From an uncultured Gemmatimonadales bacterium (GTDB lineage Bacteria > Gemmatimonadota > Glassbacteria > GWA2-58-10): a stretch of DNA of 57,339 bases. Both the position numbers and the translations under genes were made by a program. Positions 55,451 through 57,339 of this stretch are shown here, piece by piece (position 1 is the first letter of the stretch; each line of letters opens with the position of its first letter). The notes below the pieces were generated by a model, which searched no databases, had not been told where the DNA came from, and saw nothing but the letters and a program-made list of their open reading frames with translations. The stretch is from positions 1 to 57,339 of the forward strand of contig CAYLSM010000001.1 of NCBI GenBank assembly GCA_964386505.1. Reading direction: 5' to 3'.

Positions 55451-57276
55451 GCGACACCCATCCCAAATACGGCTGGCGCGACAACCTTCTGTTCTGGCTG
55501 GCCGGAGTGGTGGGCGTGACTATCCTGCGGCTTCTGTTCTCCACGATCCGCACCCGGGTCTACGGCGAGCAGAACCGCAGCGATGCGCGCAAGCTCGGCC
55601 CCGGGCCGCTGGCTTTCGCCCTCTGGCACAACCGCCTCCTCGGCCCCTGCTGGCAGAACCGCGGCGAGGGGGTCTGCGTGCTGAGCAGCCAGCACCGCGA
55701 CAGCGAGTATATCGTGCGGGTGGTCAAGCGCCTGGGTTTCTACTCGGTACGCGGCAGCGCCACACGCGGCGGTGTGCGCGGCATGCTGGCCATGCTGCGC
55801 GCCATGCAAGAGGGCCACGACCTGGCCCTCACCGTGGATGGCCCCAAGGGTCCGGTCGGGGTGGTCAAGCCCGGGCTGATCTACGCCGCCTCGCGTTCCG
55901 GCTGCCCGCTGCTGCCCTCGGCCGTGAGTTATAGCGCCTACTGGAGCCTTCATACCTGGGACCGTCTGCGCATCCCCAAGCCTTTCAGCCGCATGTCCGT
56001 GGTCTACGGCGAGCCGATGCTGATCCCGGACAAGCCGGATGAGGCCGAGGTGGAGCGCCTCTGCCTGGAGGTGGCCGCGCGGGTGGATGAATGCGCCGCC
56101 CTGGCCGACAACCTGGTCCGGCCGGTGGAGCATGCTGGCAAGAGTCCCTGGCTGCGCCGCACGCTCGAATCTTTCCTCACCCGGCCCCGTGACCGCTGGT
56201 ATCAGTTTCCGCTTCTTCTTTGCCTGGTGCCTTTCGAGGCCCTCTGGCTGGGCGGCTGGCTGGTCCGGGAGTATTTCTACCGACGGGGCCTGCGGGCCGG
56301 GGTGCACTCGCTCGTACCGGCGGTCTGCGTGGGCAGCCTGAGCGCTGGCGGCGCCGGCAAGACCCCGGCCGCCCTGCTGATCGCGGGTCTGCTTCAGAAA
56401 TCCGGCTACCGGGTCGCCCTGCTCAGTCGGGGCTACAAGCGCCCGGATGGCGAAAAGCTGTTCCTGTCCGGTCCCGCACCCCGCGAGATACCGCCCGGAG
56501 AGCTGGCCGTGCGCGCCGGGGACGAGGCCGCCCTGGCCGCCCGACGCCTGCCCGCGCTCATCCTGGCCGTGAGCCCCGACCGCCGCGCCGCCGCGGCTGC
56601 GGCAGTGGAACAGTTCGGGGCGCAGGTGCTGGTTATGGACGACGGGTTCGGACACCGCTCTTTCGGCCGCAGCATGGACCTGCTCACCCTCACTCCGCGC
56701 ATCCTCGGCCTGACCGGCCATGTCCTGCCCGCGGGCTACCTGCGTGAGCCGCGCTTCGCCGCCGACCGCGCCCGTGCCCTGCTTTTCGTGCTGGATGAGG
56801 ACGAAAGTACGCTGGAGGTGCCGGTCACCTGGCGGCGTGATAAGGTGGTCATGCGCCTGGTGCGCAAGACCTTGGGACTGCAGGAGCTGGCCCACTGGCC
56901 CGGCGAGAGCTACCTCGAACCGGCCGGGCGTCTGCGCGGACGTAAGGTGCTGGCGATCTGCGGCCTGGCCCACCCGGAGAGTTTCCGCGACAGCCTGGCT
57001 CTTTCCGGTGCGGGCGAGCTTGAGGTGCTGGCCTGGCCCGACCATTTCGCATGGCCCGAGGCGGCCCAGCGCCAGGCGGCCGAGCGCGCCCGCGCCACTG
57101 GCGCAATCCTCGTGACCACCGAGAAGGACGCGGTCAAGCTCGACCCGGCCCTGGTCGGCCCGGACTGTCTTGTTCTGTGCCAGGGCCTTGAGGACCGCTC
57201 CCACGGCGCCCTGGGACGTATCCTGGACGAGCTGCTCCTTCCCGCCGATGGCAACTGGAGACGCAGCCGGGCCTGA
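55447..57276 (+). CDS. lpxK: Fusion protein: DUF374 (lysophospholipid-acyltransferase-like) domain plus tetraacyldisaccharide 4'-kinase LpxK
   Basis: The ATG at 55447 overlaps the lpxB stop (ATGA). The N-terminal half has DUF374 blocks (LWHNRLL, SQHRDSEYI, VRGSATRGG, TVDGPKGP). The C-terminal half has the LpxK P-loop VGSLSAGGAGKTP, LLSRGYKR and MDDGFGH. Confidence 0.8.
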   Translation: MSDTHPKYGWRDNLLFWLAGVVGVTILRLLFSTIRTRVYGEQNRSDARKLGPGPLAFALWHNRLLGPCWQNRGEGVCVLSSQHRDSEYIVRVVKRLGFYSVRGSATRGGVRGMLAMLRAMQEGHDLALTVDGPKGPVGVVKPGLIYAASRSGCPLLPSAVSYSAYWSLHTWDRLRIPKPFSRMSVVYGEPMLIPDKPDEAEVERLCLEVAARVDECAALADNLVRPVEHAGKSPWLRRTLESFLTRPRDRWYQFPLLLCLVPFEALWLGGWLVREYFYRRGLRAGVHSLVPAVCVGSLSAGGAGKTPAALLIAGLLQKSGYRVALLSRGYKRPDGEKLFLSGPAPREIPPGELAVRAGDEAALAARRLPALILAVSPDRRAAAAAAVEQFGAQVLVMDDGFGHRSFGRSMDLLTLTPRILGLTGHVLPAGYLREPRFAADRARALLFVLDEDESTLEVPVTWRRDKVVMRLVRKTLGLQELAHWPGESYLEPAGRLRGRKVLAICGLAHPESFRDSLALSGAGELEVLAWPDHFAWPEAAQRQAAERARATGAILVTTEKDAVKLDPALVGPDCLVLCQGLEDRSHGALGRILDELLLPADGNWRRSRA

Positions 57277-57339
57277 TCCCGCCGCCCCGCCGCCTCAGAC
57301 TTTCGATAATCCGGCCAAGAGGTTATATTCAGTCCAGAG

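Noticed and set aside
55171-57204. A 677-aa minus-strand ORF.
   Set aside because: It lies antisense to the DUF374-LpxK fusion, which carries clear P-loop and DUF374 blocks.
1-57339. A search for CRISPR arrays, rRNA, tRNA, tmRNA, RNase P and SRP RNA signatures, and for transposase, integrase or reverse transcriptase genes.
   Set aside because: By-eye inspection of the intergenic regions and the ORF translations found none. This is not a substitute for tRNAscan-SE or Infernal, so small structured RNAs could have been missed.

Overview
This is a high-G+C chromosomal fragment (G+C judged by eye) that is almost fully coding. It appears to come from a diderm bacterium, and the gene content hints at the FCB-superphylum or a candidate phylum. 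The hints are lpxB, lpxK and LptE-like genes, LolA-like and Omp85-type barrel proteins, a giant protein with FlgD-Ig repeats and a T9SS-style C-terminal domain beside a PorV-like barrel, and BatA-type N-terminal double-TM/vWA proteins. Recognisable housekeeping genes are a DegT-family aminotransferase (5' truncated), folC, pepA, ftsK, mfd, rimO, pgeF/yfiH, nikR, lpxB and a DUF374-LpxK fusion. Several neighbouring genes overlap by 4 nt (ATGA or GTGA), which suggests translational coupling; these junctions are at 8320-8323, 30448-30451, 32199-32202, 49825-49828 and 55447-55450. I saw no rRNA, tRNA, CRISPR array, transposase, integrase or reverse transcriptase. The most unusual content sits outside the supplied ORF track. 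(1) A lower-G+C island at about 46.1-47.9 kb holds four tandem paralogous mini-genes of 35-45 aa. Each encodes a single-TM peptide with its own Shine-Dalgarno (SD) site and its own terminator hairpin. (2) An intergenic repeat of about 240-260 nt occurs in several diverged copies, and its terminal hairpin keeps its position while its sequence changes. (3) A 72-nt double-hairpin REP-like module is built around the palindrome GGGCACGGCATGCCGTGCCC. Also notable are a 1217-aa fusion (HExxH peptidase, PD40 propeller, DSL-rich linker, Omp85-like barrel), a low-G+C island between ftsK and mfd with a tandem-HTH protein, and a cluster of Tat-flavoprotein, polyferredoxin, URO-D-like protein and NSS transporter. 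All functional calls rest on motif recognition by eye. No database search was run.
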